A stretch of 64,000 nucleotides of DNA, from NCBI RefSeq assembly GCF_000006765.1, contig NC_002516.2; one strand, 5' to 3'. Shown in pieces: positions 48,962-58,458 of the stretch. Under the pieces are notes generated by a model. It did not search any database. It saw only the letters and a list, made by a program, of their open reading frames with translations, and had not been told where the DNA came from. The translations under genes were made by a program, and so were the position numbers. Origin of the DNA: Pseudomonas aeruginosa PAO1 (GTDB lineage Bacteria > Pseudomonadota > Gammaproteobacteria > Pseudomonadales > Pseudomonadaceae). Position 1 is the stretch's first letter. Every line of letters starts with the position of its first letter.

Positions 48962-51261
48962 CAGTGACATCCTCCCTGCCCGCTCGGGGCATCGGCCATT
49001 CGGCCTGGCAGTTGCAGTACCTGCTCACGGCCGAACAGACGCAGGCAGGTCATCAGGATCAGGTTGAAGAGCAGCACCACGGCGATGGTCAGGACGCTAC
49101 GCTCGGGGTGCGCGGCGAAGGTGGCGACCTGGTAGCAGAGGGTCGCCAGCGAGTAGGCGACGTTCAGCCCCCAGAGCACCGAGAAAGCCATCCAGCCCTT
49201 GCTGCTTTCCCGGGCGATCGCGCCCATGGCGGTCACGCAGGGCACGTAGAGCAGGACGAAGACCAGATAGCTGTAGGCCGCGATGGGGCTGCCGAACTTG
49301 CTCGCCATGGTGCCCATCGAGCCGGTCTCCATGTCGCCGTCGGCCATGCTCGCCTCCACCGGGTTGGCCAGCACGCTGAGGCTGAAGGTATCGACCAGGC
49401 CGTCCCAGGTCTCGACCAGGGCCTCGCGCAGTTGCCCGGGCAGGTCGTAGCCTTCGTAGTCGAAGGCCTCGCCCTGGATCTGCTCGGCGGTGTAGAGGGT
49501 GTTCAGGGTGCCGACCACCACTTCCTTGGCCATCGCCCCGGTGACCAGGCCGACGGTGGCCTGCCAGTTGTCCGGCTGCACCCCGAGCGGCGCCAGCAGC
49601 GGAGTGAGACGCTGGCTGACGCTGGCCAGCGCGGAATGGCCGATGTCGCCCTGCACCGGCTTGCCGTCGAGGGTGATGCTGTTCAGGCCGCCGATCACCA
49701 GGCTGACCAGGATGATCACCTTGCCGGCCCGCACCACGAAGCCGCGCAGGCGCGACCAGGTCTGCAGCAGCAGGCTCTTAAGGTGTGGCACATGGTACAG
49801 CGGCAGTTCCATGACGAACGGCGAGGCCTCGCCGCGCATCAAGGTGTGCTTGAGCAACAGCCCGGTGAGGATCGCCACGACGATGCCGAGCAGGTACAGG
49901 GAGAAGATCACCAGCGCGCCGCCCTGGCCGAAGAAGGCCCCGGCGAATACGGCGAAGATCGCCAGGCGCGCGCCGCAGGACATGAACGGCGCCATCATGA
50001 TGGTAATCAGCCGCTCGCGCTGCGCGTCCAGGGTCCGCGCGCCCATGATCGACGGTACGTTGCAGCCGAAACCGACGATCAGCGGCACGAACGACTTGCC
50101 CGGCAGGCCCAGCGCCTGCATCAGGCGGTCCATGACGAAGGCCGCGCGTGCCATGTAGCCGGAATCCTCGAGCAGCGAGAGGAACAGGTACATCAAGCCG
50201 ATCTGCGGCACCAGCGGCAACACCGTGTTGACCCCGCCACCGATGCCCTGGGCGAGGAACACCGTGAGCCAATCGGGCAGGCCGAAGCGGATACCCAGCC
50301 ACTGGATGCCGTCGATGAAGATCGCCGACGAGCCCTTGTCGAAGATCGGCTGTAGCGCCCCGCCGATGTTGATGGCGAAGAAGAACATCAGGTACATCAC
50401 CAGCAGGAAGATCGGCAGACCCAGCCAGCGATTCAGGACGACCCGGTCGAGCCATTGGGTCAGCCGGTGCGGCTGAGCCTGCTGGTGGTCGCAGACCGCC
50501 GCACAGATCTCGCCGATCAGCCGGTAGCGCGCATCGACGATCGCCAGCTCGGGCTCCTCGCCGCAGCCCCGGCGCGCCTGTTCCAGGGTGGCGGGCGGCA
50601 AGCCCAGCGCCGGGCCGTTGAAGATGTCGCCTTCCAGCGCCTGCAACGCCAGCCAGCGCGGCTCGATGGCCGAGGCCGCCGGAGCGCGCGTTTCCAGAAG
50701 GTAGCCGACCTGCGCCTGGATGGCCGGTGGGTAATCCACCGCCAGCGCCGCCTGCGGGAGCTGTAGGGAGTCGATGGCCGCCTTCAGTTCGTCGATGCCA
50801 TCGGCGCGGGTGGATACCAGCGGCACCACCGGGCAGCCGAGACGCCGCGCCAGACCGTCGATATCGATGCGGATGCGCTGGCTACGGGCGATGTCGAGCA
50901 TGTTCAGCGCGACGATGCAGGGGATGCCCATCTCCCGCAGTTGCACCGTGAGGTACAGGTTGCGCTCCAGGTTCGCCGCATCCACCACGTTGACCAGCAC
51001 GTCCACTTCGCCGCTGGCGATGTAGCGGCAGGCGATCTGCTCGTCCAGCGAGGCCTGGGCGGAAACGCTGGTCAACGAATAGGTGCCGGGCAGGTCGACC
51101 AGGCGCACCGCGTGACGGACGGTATGGAACGCACCCTCCTTGCGCTCCACGGTGACGCCGGCCCAGTTGCCGACCCGCTGGCGCGAGCCGGTGAGCTGGT
51201 TGAACAGGGTGGTCTTGCCGGAGTTGGGATTGCCGATCAGGCCGAGGGTCAATGCGGTCAT
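48961..51261 (-). CDS. feoB: Ferrous iron transporter GTPase (766 aa)
   Basis: GNPNSGKT, NWAGVTVE, DLPG, NMLD; Gate motifs GFGCNVP and CGARL. Confidence 0.97.
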   Translation of the reverse strand: MTALTLGLIGNPNSGKTTLFNQLTGSRQRVGNWAGVTVERKEGAFHTVRHAVRLVDLPGTYSLTSVSAQASLDEQIACRYIASGEVDVLVNVVDAANLERNLYLTVQLREMGIPCIVALNMLDIARSQRIRIDIDGLARRLGCPVVPLVSTRADGIDELKAAIDSLQLPQAALAVDYPPAIQAQVGYLLETRAPAASAIEPRWLALQALEGDIFNGPALGLPPATLEQARRGCGEEPELAIVDARYRLIGEICAAVCDHQQAQPHRLTQWLDRVVLNRWLGLPIFLLVMYLMFFFAINIGGALQPIFDKGSSAIFIDGIQWLGIRFGLPDWLTVFLAQGIGGGVNTVLPLVPQIGLMYLFLSLLEDSGYMARAAFVMDRLMQALGLPGKSFVPLIVGFGCNVPSIMGARTLDAQRERLITIMMAPFMSCGARLAIFAVFAGAFFGQGGALVIFSLYLLGIVVAILTGLLLKHTLMRGEASPFVMELPLYHVPHLKSLLLQTWSRLRGFVVRAGKVIILVSLVIGGLNSITLDGKPVQGDIGHSALASVSQRLTPLLAPLGVQPDNWQATVGLVTGAMAKEVVVGTLNTLYTAEQIQGEAFDYEGYDLPGQLREALVETWDGLVDTFSLSVLANPVEASMADGDMETGSMGTMASKFGSPIAAYSYLVFVLLYVPCVTAMGAIARESSKGWMAFSVLWGLNVAYSLATLCYQVATFAAHPERSVLTIAVVLLFNLILMTCLRLFGREQVLQLPGRMADAPSGQGGCH

Positions 51262-51278
51262 GGGGATTCCGGGCGGGG

Positions 51279-51506
51279 TCAGTCGAGCGGGACGAGGGTC
51301 AGCAGGGCGAGGTCCTTGCGCCGCAGCGCCAGGCTGGTCTGGCGGGTCTCGACCTGGATCGGGTCGCCCAGCGGGGCGATGCGCACCACGCGCAGCGCCG
51401 CGCCGGGCAGAAGCCCCATGGAGAACAGGCGTTGGCGATAGCCGTTGCTGATGGCGGGGGAATAACCGGTGATGCGGTAGGAACGGGACGGTTGCAATGC
51501 GCTCAT
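51279..51506 (-). CDS. feoA: Ferrous iron transport protein A (75 aa)
   Basis: RLFSMGLLPG, APLGDPIQV. Confidence 0.93.
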   Translation of the reverse strand: MSALQPSRSYRITGYSPAISNGYRQRLFSMGLLPGAALRVVRIAPLGDPIQVETRQTSLALRRKDLALLTLVPLD

Positions 51507-51721
51507 GGCGGATTCCAGGCAGAGGAAGGGACCAATGGCCTCCCTGGCCGGTGACCGAGAATCTAAACGACTCTCACTTAAGGCTCGCTTAAGGACGCAG
51601 TATCGGAGTGGAGGAGCAGCGGATTCGCTGATCCAGAGCAATGGAAGCGGGGATTTTCGCCGGGCGCGGCGAACTGTCGCCGCCAGCGCCCGGTGCGACG
51701 GGCGGCTGGCGGCGCAAGGGG

Positions 51722-52557
51722 TCAGCGGGTATTGAGCTGCTGCTGCAGGTTCTGCACCTGGGCCTGGAGGGTGTTGATGTTGCGCATCACCTGGGTGCGG
51801 AAGGCGTCGAACTCGGCGGTATTGCCGCCCTGGGCCGGGCGGTTGTCGAGCTGGCTGCGCAATACCAGCAGGTCATCCTGGATACCCTTGATCGTCTGGC
51901 TCGGGTTGCCCTGCTTCTTCAGCGCCGCGACATCGCCGCCGAGGGCCTTGAGTTGCTCGTTGGTCTTGCCCAGTTCGACCTGCAGGGCTTTCAGCTTCTC
52001 CTGTTCGGCGGCCAGTGTCTGCAGCTTGCCGTCCAGTTGCGCGACCAGTTGCGCCGCGCTTTCCTGCTGGGCCTTGAGATCGCTGGCCAGTTGGTCGAGG
52101 CGTTTGCCCTGGCCGCCGAACTGGTTGCTCACATCGGCCTGCTGGCGTTCCTGGCTGCCGAGTTTCTCCTGCAGTTGCTTGACCTGCAGGCGCACGCCTC
52201 GCGTTCGCTGGTGACGCTGGACTCGCTGGCGACCACCTTGCCGCGAATGTCGTCGAGGCGCCCGGCGGCTTCCTCGCTGATCCTTACGAAGCTTTCCTGG
52301 GTCGCCACCAACTGCTGTTCCATCAGGCTGATTTGCTGGTGGCTCCACCAACCCACCCCGGCGAGGGCGATCAGCATCGCCCCGAGCAGGGCCCAGAGCG
52401 GGCCGGTAGAGGCCGGACGGCGCTCCTTGGTGTCGACGACCCGGCGCTGCTCCGGTTCGTAGACGTGCCGCGGGTGGTGGCCGAATTCATCACGGTCGGC
52501 AGCATCGGTGGTCAGGCTGGGCACATCGTCGAGTTCGTCGAAAGCATCGTTACGCAT
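51722..52557 (-). pseudogene. Membrane-anchored coiled-coil protein interrupted by a 1-nt frameshift near 52194
   Basis: Frame 1 MRNDAFDEL...TM...VTSEREA; the next frame continues RLQVKQLQEK...QQQLNTR. Adding one base gives GCG CTG CGC (EALRLQ) and a 278-aa ORF. It may be a sequence error. Confidence 0.8.
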
Positions 52558-52794
52558 GGTGAAAACCTGTGAAGGGGAACGGCATCCTGCCGGAGGCCTG
52601 GAGAAAGGGCCGAATGGCGCATTATATCGGTTCGGCCCCGCCCCTTCAGCGTCTGCTCGAAGCAAATTGCCGGACCGGGGCGCTCCACCGCGAAGCCGTG
52701 CGCCCCAAGACGGAGCGAACGTTGTCCGGCACAGACCGCCGCAGGCCGCCAGCGGTTCCCCGCCCCGCACGCCGGCGCTGGTCCGCGGCCCGCA

Positions 52795-52809
52795 TGGCAC
52801 GTCGCTTGC
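52795..52809 (+). promoter_or_regulatory. Sigma54 -24/-12 promoter
   Basis: TGGCAC-gtcgc-TTGC, exact consensus and spacing. Confidence 0.7.
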
Positions 52810-52847
52810 CTGGGCATTGCCGGGCAGATTCGAGAGCCGGAGGATGC

Positions 52848-53111
52848 ATGGAGTTGAACAAATCCTTGCTGGATTGCATGCGCGCCGTGCGCCGACGCCT
52901 ACGCGAGGAACAGGCGCTGGATATCCACTTCCAGCAACGCGATGCGATCGCCGCGATGCAGGCGGCCTGCGCCCGCTCCGGCGATGCGACGACGCGGGAG
53001 CTGGGACAGCGCCTCGGCAGGCTCAGCGGGGTCGCGCTGCCGCCGGCGGAACCTTCCCTGTTGCCCGCGCAGGCGCCGAGCCGACAATACGCCGGCCCGC
53101 TGCGCGGCTGA
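52848..53111 (+). CDS. Small hypothetical protein (87 aa)
   Basis: GGAGGA at 52839-52844; MELNKSLLDCMRAVRRRLREEQ...; stop abuts the convergent gene's stop. Confidence 0.65.
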   Translation: MELNKSLLDCMRAVRRRLREEQALDIHFQQRDAIAAMQAACARSGDATTRELGQRLGRLSGVALPPAEPSLLPAQAPSRQYAGPLRG

Positions 53112-54101
53112 TCAGAGTCCCTGGGCGCGCCACCAGGCGCAGAACTCGTCGAGCGCGGTCCACAGGCTGACCCGCGGGTCGTAGTCGAGGTATTCGCGGG
53201 CGCGGTTGATGTCCAGGGTGAAGTTCTTCGCCATCACCGCCATGCCCAGGCGGAACAGCACCGGCTCCGGGCGCCCCGGCAGGATCCGGCAGACGCCTTC
53301 GTTGAGCGCCGCCAGGCCATAGCCGACGGCATACGGCAGGTGACCGCCGACCGGCGGCAGGTCGAGCTGGCGCATCACGTAGTTGACCGCATCCCAGAAC
53401 GGTACCGGCTGCCCGTTGCTGATGTTGTAGACCTTGCCCAGCGCCGGCTCGCCGGCCAGCAGGCAACTGAACAGCGCGTCGTTGAGATTGTGCACGCTGG
53501 TGAAGTCGACCCGGTTCAGGCCGTTGCCGAGGATCCGCAGGCGTCCCTTGCGGTGGGCCTGGATCATTCGCGGGAAGATGCTGGTGTCGCCGGCGCCGAC
53601 CACGAAGCGCGGACGCAGCGCCAACACTTCCAGGCCCAGGTCGCGGGCGCTGAGCACCAGTTGCTCGGCCTGGTACTTGGTCGCCCCGTAATGGTCGGAA
53701 AAACGCCGGGGTACGTACTCTTCGTTCAGGTCCAGGTGGTCGCGCCCGTCGAAATAGATCGACGGCGACGACAGATGCACCAGGCGCCGCACCTTTTGCC
53801 GCATGCAGGCCTCGACGACGCTCTCGGCAAGCCCGACGTTGGCCGCCAGGAAGCGTTCGCGCGGTCCCCAGACTCCGACCGCGCCGGCACAATGCACCAC
53901 CGCCTCGACATCCTCGCAGAGGCGCAGGACCAGCGCCGGGTCGGCGAGGTCGCCGGGAACGAACTCGGCGCCCCGCGCCACCAGATGTTCCACCGCGTCC
54001 GCACGACGACCGCTGACCCGTACCGACAGGCCCTGCTCCAGGGCGAAGCGAGCGAAACGCCCGCCGATGAAGCCCGTCGCCCCCGTTACCAGAATCCGCA
54101 T
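53112..54101 (-). CDS. Extended SDR / 3-beta-HSD-like NAD(P)-dependent oxidoreductase (329 aa)
   Basis: MRILVTGATGFIG, HLSSPS, YGATK (YxxxK). Confidence 0.9.
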   Translation of the reverse strand: MRILVTGATGFIGGRFARFALEQGLSVRVSGRRADAVEHLVARGAEFVPGDLADPALVLRLCEDVEAVVHCAGAVGVWGPRERFLAANVGLAESVVEACMRQKVRRLVHLSSPSIYFDGRDHLDLNEEYVPRRFSDHYGATKYQAEQLVLSARDLGLEVLALRPRFVVGAGDTSIFPRMIQAHRKGRLRILGNGLNRVDFTSVHNLNDALFSCLLAGEPALGKVYNISNGQPVPFWDAVNYVMRQLDLPPVGGHLPYAVGYGLAALNEGVCRILPGRPEPVLFRLGMAVMAKNFTLDINRAREYLDYDPRVSLWTALDEFCAWWRAQGL

Positions 54102-54285
54102 TGCGTTTCTCCCGTTGTTCTTCTTGTGCCGCGACTCTAGCAACCCGGAGCCGCGCCACCACTGGCACAGCATGCCAGAACAACGACCTTGCGGGCCGCC
54201 GGCACGACTTGCGTTGGGCGACAGAAGCGGCGCTGCGCGCTACAAGGTCTAACCTGAAAGCCACCTGCACGCTGGGAGACGCACC

Positions 54286-55344
54286 ATGGCCAGTCACTGG
54301 ATGATCTACGGCGCCAACGGCTACACCGGCCGGCTGGTCGCTGAACAGGCGCAGCGCGAGGGCCTGACGCCGCTCCTCGGCGGACGCAACCCGGCCGCCC
54401 TGCACGCCCTCGGCAGCCAGCTCGGGCTGGAGTGCCGGGTCTTCGACCTGGGGGATCCGCAGGCCTGCCGCGAAGCCCTGGACCAGGTGAAGGTGGTGGC
54501 CCATTGCGCCGGTCCGTTCTCTGCCACCAGCACGCCGATGATCGCCGCCTGCCGCGCCGCCGGCACCCACTACGTGGATATCACTGGAGAGATCGCGGTG
54601 TTCGAGCAGGCCCACGCCGGCGACGCCGAGGCCCGCGAGGCCGGCATCGTGGTCTGCCCGGGCGTCGGCTTCGATGTGATCCCCACCGATTGCCTGGCCG
54701 CCTGCCTGAAGGAGGCGCTGCCGGACGCGCAACGGCTGGCGCTGGGCTTCGACACCGGCAGCGGGCTTTCGACGGGAACCGCGAAGACCAGCGTCGAAGG
54801 CCTCAAGTTCGGCGGCAAGATCCGCGAGAATGGCCGCCTGCGCGACGTGCCCCTGGGCTACAAGCGCCGCGACATCGATTTCGGCCGCGGCCTGCGGCAC
54901 GCCGTGACGATTCCCTGGGGCGACGTGGCCACCGCCTACTACAGCACCGGCATCCCGGACATCGAGGTCTACCTGCCGGCGCCGCCGCTGCTGGCCCTGG
55001 GCATGCGCCTGATCGACCCGCTGCGTCCGCTGCTCGGTCGGCAACGGGTCCAGGACTGGCTCAAGGGGCAGGTCGACAAACGCATCGCCGGCCCCGACCA
55101 GGCGGCCCGCGAGCGCCTGCGCACCTGGGTCTGGGGCGAGGCGCGCAACGCCCGCGGCGAACGCCGCACGGCGCGCCTGGAGACGGCCAACGTGTACGAC
55201 CTGACCCTGCACGGCGTGCTCCTGGCAGTGCGCCACCTGCTGGACTACCAGGGTCCCGGCGGCTACTTCACGCCATCGCGGTTGCTCGGCGCGCGCTGCG
55301 TCGAATCGTTGCCCGGCTCCGGACGAATCACCGTCATCGGCTGA
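54286..55344 (+). CDS. Saccharopine dehydrogenase-like oxidoreductase (352 aa)
   Basis: IYGANGYTG, HCAGPF, HYVDITGE, GFDVIP. Confidence 0.85.
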   Translation: MASHWMIYGANGYTGRLVAEQAQREGLTPLLGGRNPAALHALGSQLGLECRVFDLGDPQACREALDQVKVVAHCAGPFSATSTPMIAACRAAGTHYVDITGEIAVFEQAHAGDAEAREAGIVVCPGVGFDVIPTDCLAACLKEALPDAQRLALGFDTGSGLSTGTAKTSVEGLKFGGKIRENGRLRDVPLGYKRRDIDFGRGLRHAVTIPWGDVATAYYSTGIPDIEVYLPAPPLLALGMRLIDPLRPLLGRQRVQDWLKGQVDKRIAGPDQAARERLRTWVWGEARNARGERRTARLETANVYDLTLHGVLLAVRHLLDYQGPGGYFTPSRLLGARCVESLPGSGRITVIG

Positions 55345-56247
55345 TCAGCCTGACACCCGCACCAAGCCGTCGCCGGCGCGGGCGAGCAGGTGCTCGGTGA
55401 GCGACGCGAGCAGTTCGCCGCCGTTGCGCCAGTAGTGCCAGTACAACGGTACGTCGATGACCTGGCCGGGCAGCAGCTCGACCAGTTCGCCGCGCGCCAG
55501 CTCGCCTTGCACCTGGCGCTCCGGCACCAGGCCCCAGCCGAGACCGCCGGCGGTGAGGCGGACGAAACCTTCCGAGGACGGGCAGAGGTGGTGGATGAAA
55601 CCGCCCTCGACGCCGAGGTCCTTGAGAAAGCGGTGTTGCAGCAGGTCGTCCGGGCCGAACACGATCGCCGGCACGCCGGCCAGGGCGGCCGCCTCGACCC
55701 CGCGGGGAAAGTGCCGGGCAATGAAATCCGGGCTGGCCAGGCCGCGATAACGCATGGCTCCGAGCAGCAGCGAACGCGCGCCGGCCACCGGCCGCGCGCT
55801 ACCGCAGACGCAGCCGGCCACTTCGCCCGCGCGCATGCGCTTGAGCCCGACCTCCTGGTCCTCCACCACAAGGTCCAGCAGCACCCGCCGCTCGGCGCAG
55901 AAATCGCCCACCGCGGCGGCCCACCAGGTCGCCAGGCTATCGGCGTTGAGAGCGATGCGCAGGCGTTCCGGGGCACCGCCTTCATCCAAGTTCGGCACCC
56001 AGCGCTGCAGGTCGCCCTCCAGCAGCCGCACCTGCTGCACATGGTTGAGCAGGCGGCGCCCGAGATCGGTGGGATGCGGCGGCGTCTCGCGCACCAGGAC
56101 CGGCTGGCCGACCCGCGCCTCGAGCAGCTTGATCCGCTGCGATACCGCCGATTGCGACAGCCCCAGCGCCTGTGCGGCGCGCTCGAAACCGCCCTGCTCC
56201 ACCACCGCGGCCAGCGCGGCGAGCAACTTGTAGTCGAACAAAATCAT
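55345..56247 (-). CDS. iciA: LysR-family regulator ArgP/IciA (300 aa)
   Basis: DYKLLAAL...SQSAVSQRIKLLE, IALNADSLATW; divergent from the lysE unit. Confidence 0.92.
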   Translation of the reverse strand: MILFDYKLLAALAAVVEQGGFERAAQALGLSQSAVSQRIKLLEARVGQPVLVRETPPHPTDLGRRLLNHVQQVRLLEGDLQRWVPNLDEGGAPERLRIALNADSLATWWAAAVGDFCAERRVLLDLVVEDQEVGLKRMRAGEVAGCVCGSARPVAGARSLLLGAMRYRGLASPDFIARHFPRGVEAAALAGVPAIVFGPDDLLQHRFLKDLGVEGGFIHHLCPSSEGFVRLTAGGLGWGLVPERQVQGELARGELVELLPGQVIDVPLYWHYWRNGGELLASLTEHLLARAGDGLVRVSG

Positions 56248-56257
56248 TTTTCCTAAT
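56243..56257. promoter_or_regulatory. Putative LysR (T-N11-A) recognition site
   Basis: ATCATTTTTCCTAAT dyad overlapping the regulator start region. Confidence 0.35.
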
Positions 56258-56344
56258 GAGAGATCAGCAGGATTCGTTTTCCTTATAAACCGCCCGCGGC
56301 CACACTCGCCAGCACTTTTCCGATCCACCCGACGCGGACCGACC

Positions 56345-56746
56345 ATGGCTGGCGAAACCTCGCTGCGCACCCTGCTGCGCACGCTCACTCCCGAACTCAA
56401 TCCCGGCGACTATGTGTTCTGTACCTGCGCCGCTGGCGCGCTGCCGAACGGCGCCGAGCCGCTCGCCAGCTTCCGCGAGCGCGAGGGCCTGACCCTGGTG
56501 CTCGAACGCCGGCAGGCCGAACGCCTGGGCCTGCCCTACGAATACGTGGCGGCCTGGATCACCCTGACGGTGCACTCCTCGTTGACGGCGGTGGGCCTGA
56601 CCGCCGCCTTCGCCACGGCGCTGGCCGAAGCCGGGATCAGTTGCAACGTGATGGCCGGCTATTTCCACGACCACCTGTTCGTCGCCCGCGACGAGGGCCG
56701 GCGCGCCCTCGCCGTGCTCCAGCGGCTGGCGGCGGAGGCACACTGA
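56345..56746 (+). CDS. ACT-domain protein (133 aa)
   Basis: FREREGLTLV, VHSSLTAVGLTA, CNVMAGYFHDHLFV. Confidence 0.85.
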   Translation: MAGETSLRTLLRTLTPELNPGDYVFCTCAAGALPNGAEPLASFREREGLTLVLERRQAERLGLPYEYVAAWITLTVHSSLTAVGLTAAFATALAEAGISCNVMAGYFHDHLFVARDEGRRALAVLQRLAAEAH

Positions 56747-56747
56747 C

Positions 56748-57350
56748 ATGTGGCAGAGCTATCTCAACGGCATCCTGGTGGCTGCCGGCCTGATCATCGC
56801 CATCGGCGCGCAGAATGCCTTCGTCCTCGCGCAGAGCCTGCGCCGCGAGCATCACCTCTCGGTAGCCGCGCTCTGCGTGTTCTGCGACGCGGTGCTGGTC
56901 AGCCTCGGCGTGTTCGGCCTGGCCAAGCTGCTGCTGGAAAACCCGACGCTGCTGGCCATCGCCCGCTGGGGCGGGATCGCCTTCCTGACCTGGTACGGGC
57001 TCAAGGCGCTGCTTCGCGCGTTGCGCCCGGACGCCCTCGGCAACGCCGCGGAAACCGGGCCACGCTCGCGCAAGGCGGTGCTTCTGGCGGCACTGGCGGT
57101 CACCCTGCTCAACCCCCACGTCTATCTCGATACCGTACTTCTTATCGGTTCGCTCGGCGCCCAGCAGGCCGCGCCGGGCGCCTATGCCCTCGGCGCGGCC
57201 AGCGCCTCGCTGATGTGGTTCTTCGCCCTCGCCCTCGGCGCGGCATGGCTGGCCCCCTGGCTGGCGCGCCCGGCCACCTGGCGCCTGCTCGACCTGATGG
57301 TGGCGGCCATGATGCTGGGCATGGCCGCGCAACTGCTGTTCCGGGGATAA
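56748..57350 (+). CDS. lysE: LysE/ArgO amino-acid exporter (200 aa)
   Basis: IAIGAQNAFVL, LLNPHVYLDT. Confidence 0.92.
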   Translation: MWQSYLNGILVAAGLIIAIGAQNAFVLAQSLRREHHLSVAALCVFCDAVLVSLGVFGLAKLLLENPTLLAIARWGGIAFLTWYGLKALLRALRPDALGNAAETGPRSRKAVLLAALAVTLLNPHVYLDTVLLIGSLGAQQAAPGAYALGAASASLMWFFALALGAAWLAPWLARPATWRLLDLMVAAMMLGMAAQLLFRG

Positions 57351-57504
57351 CGCGGTTTCTGTCTTCCCGAGCGAACCCTCGCGCCGCCAGGCAGTCCAGA
57401 GAGAATGTGGCGGTGTTCGCCGGCGAGCTTGCAGAAGCCCGTCGCAGCGCGCCGCCGCCGGCCTTTGCCCCTACAGTTGCTGCGTGGATATGCCCCGACA
57501 CGGG

Positions 57505-57513
57505 TGCTATGAT
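57505..57513 (+). promoter_or_regulatory. Extended -10 element (TGcTATGAT) upstream of sodB
   Basis: Motif read directly; implies a leader of about 175 nt. Confidence 0.45.
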
Positions 57514-57666
57514 CCGGAGTTCGCGGCACTGGGAGCCTAGGCTCCGAGTCGCACCCGGCGCCCTTTCCGGAGCGCTCCGCCGAACGTCCCCCCGGGGATC
57601 CAGGACGGGCTCCCGGACAGGCATCGGACCGGCCCCGTGAACCGGTCGCGCGCTAGCCGCGCCAGT

Positions 57667-57690
57667 CCTGACCTGAGGAAGAATAGGAGA
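57667..57690 (+). promoter_or_regulatory. Putative PrrF pairing site next to the sodB SD
   Basis: CCTGA-cc-TGAGGA matches the recalled PrrF-seed complement CCTGATGAGGA with a 2-nt bulge. Confidence 0.5.
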
Positions 57691-57696
57691 GACACC

Positions 57697-58278
57697 ATGG
57701 CTTTCGAATTGCCGCCGCTGCCTTACGAAAAGAACGCCCTTGAGCCGCACATTTCCGCAGAAACCCTGGAATACCACCACGACAAGCACCACAACACCTA
57801 CGTGGTGAACCTGAACAACCTGATCCCGGGCACCGAGTTCGAAGGCAAGAGCCTCGAAGAGATCGTCAAGAGCTCCTCCGGCGGCATCTTCAACAACGCC
57901 GCCCAGGTGTGGAACCACACCTTCTACTGGAACTGCCTGAGCCCGAACGGCGGTGGCCAGCCCACCGGCGCCCTGGCCGACGCCATCAACGCCGCCTTCG
58001 GCTCCTTCGACAAGTTCAAGGAAGAGTTCACCAAGACTTCCGTCGGCACCTTCGGTTCCGGCTGGGGCTGGCTGGTGAAGAAGGCCGACGGCTCCCTGGC
58101 CCTGGCCAGCACCATCGGTGCCGGCAACCCGCTGACCAGCGGCGACACCCCGCTGCTGACCTGCGACGTCTGGGAACACGCCTACTACATCGACTACCGC
58201 AACCTGCGTCCGAAGTACGTCGAGGCGTTCTGGAACCTGGTCAACTGGGACTTCGTAGCGAAGAATTTCGCTGCCTGA
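57697..58278 (+). CDS. sodB: Fe superoxide dismutase (193 aa)
   Basis: [21 protein letters not shown]. Confidence 0.97.
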   Translation: MAFELPPLPYEKNALEPHISAETLEYHHDKHHNTYVVNLNNLIPGTEFEGKSLEEIVKSSSGGIFNNAAQVWNHTFYWNCLSPNGGGQPTGALADAINAAFGSFDKFKEEFTKTSVGTFGSGWGWLVKKADGSLALASTIGAGNPLTSGDTPLLTCDVWEHAYYIDYRNLRPKYVEAFWNLVNWDFVAKNFAA

Positions 58279-58292
58279 GTCTGATCAGAACC

Positions 58293-58329
58293 ACGAAAAA
58301 GCCCGGCATTCGCCGGGCTTTTTCGTTTT
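58293..58329 (+). terminator. Terminator of sodB
   Basis: ACGAAAAAGCCCGGC-attc-GCCGGGCTTTTTCGT-TTT. Confidence 0.9.
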
Positions 58330-58458
58330 AATCTGCGGTCGAGGAGCCATCGTCTACCCTCAGGAACTGGTAGACCTTCGCTCGTGATAGCCTCTTGAGG
58401 TAAACAAGCTCTTCCTACCGGCTTGTCTTTCGCCCTGGCGACGAACAAGGAAGGCCCC

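Noticed and set aside
52195-52351. Programmed ribosomal frameshift or phase-variable tract at the split gene
   Set aside because: No slippery heptamer, homopolymer or short tandem repeat at the junction.
54162-54178. CTGGCA-cagca-TGCCAG as a sigma54 promoter
   Set aside because: GG-to-GC spacing is wrong; only a 6-bp dyad, too weak to call as an operator.
57509-57640. Upstream ORF in the sodB leader
   Set aside because: Its ATG lies within the predicted -10 element, so it would not be transcribed from that promoter; no SD.
58340-58440. Sigma28 promoter for bifA
   Set aside because: I could not find correctly spaced -35/-10 elements; only short inverted repeats.
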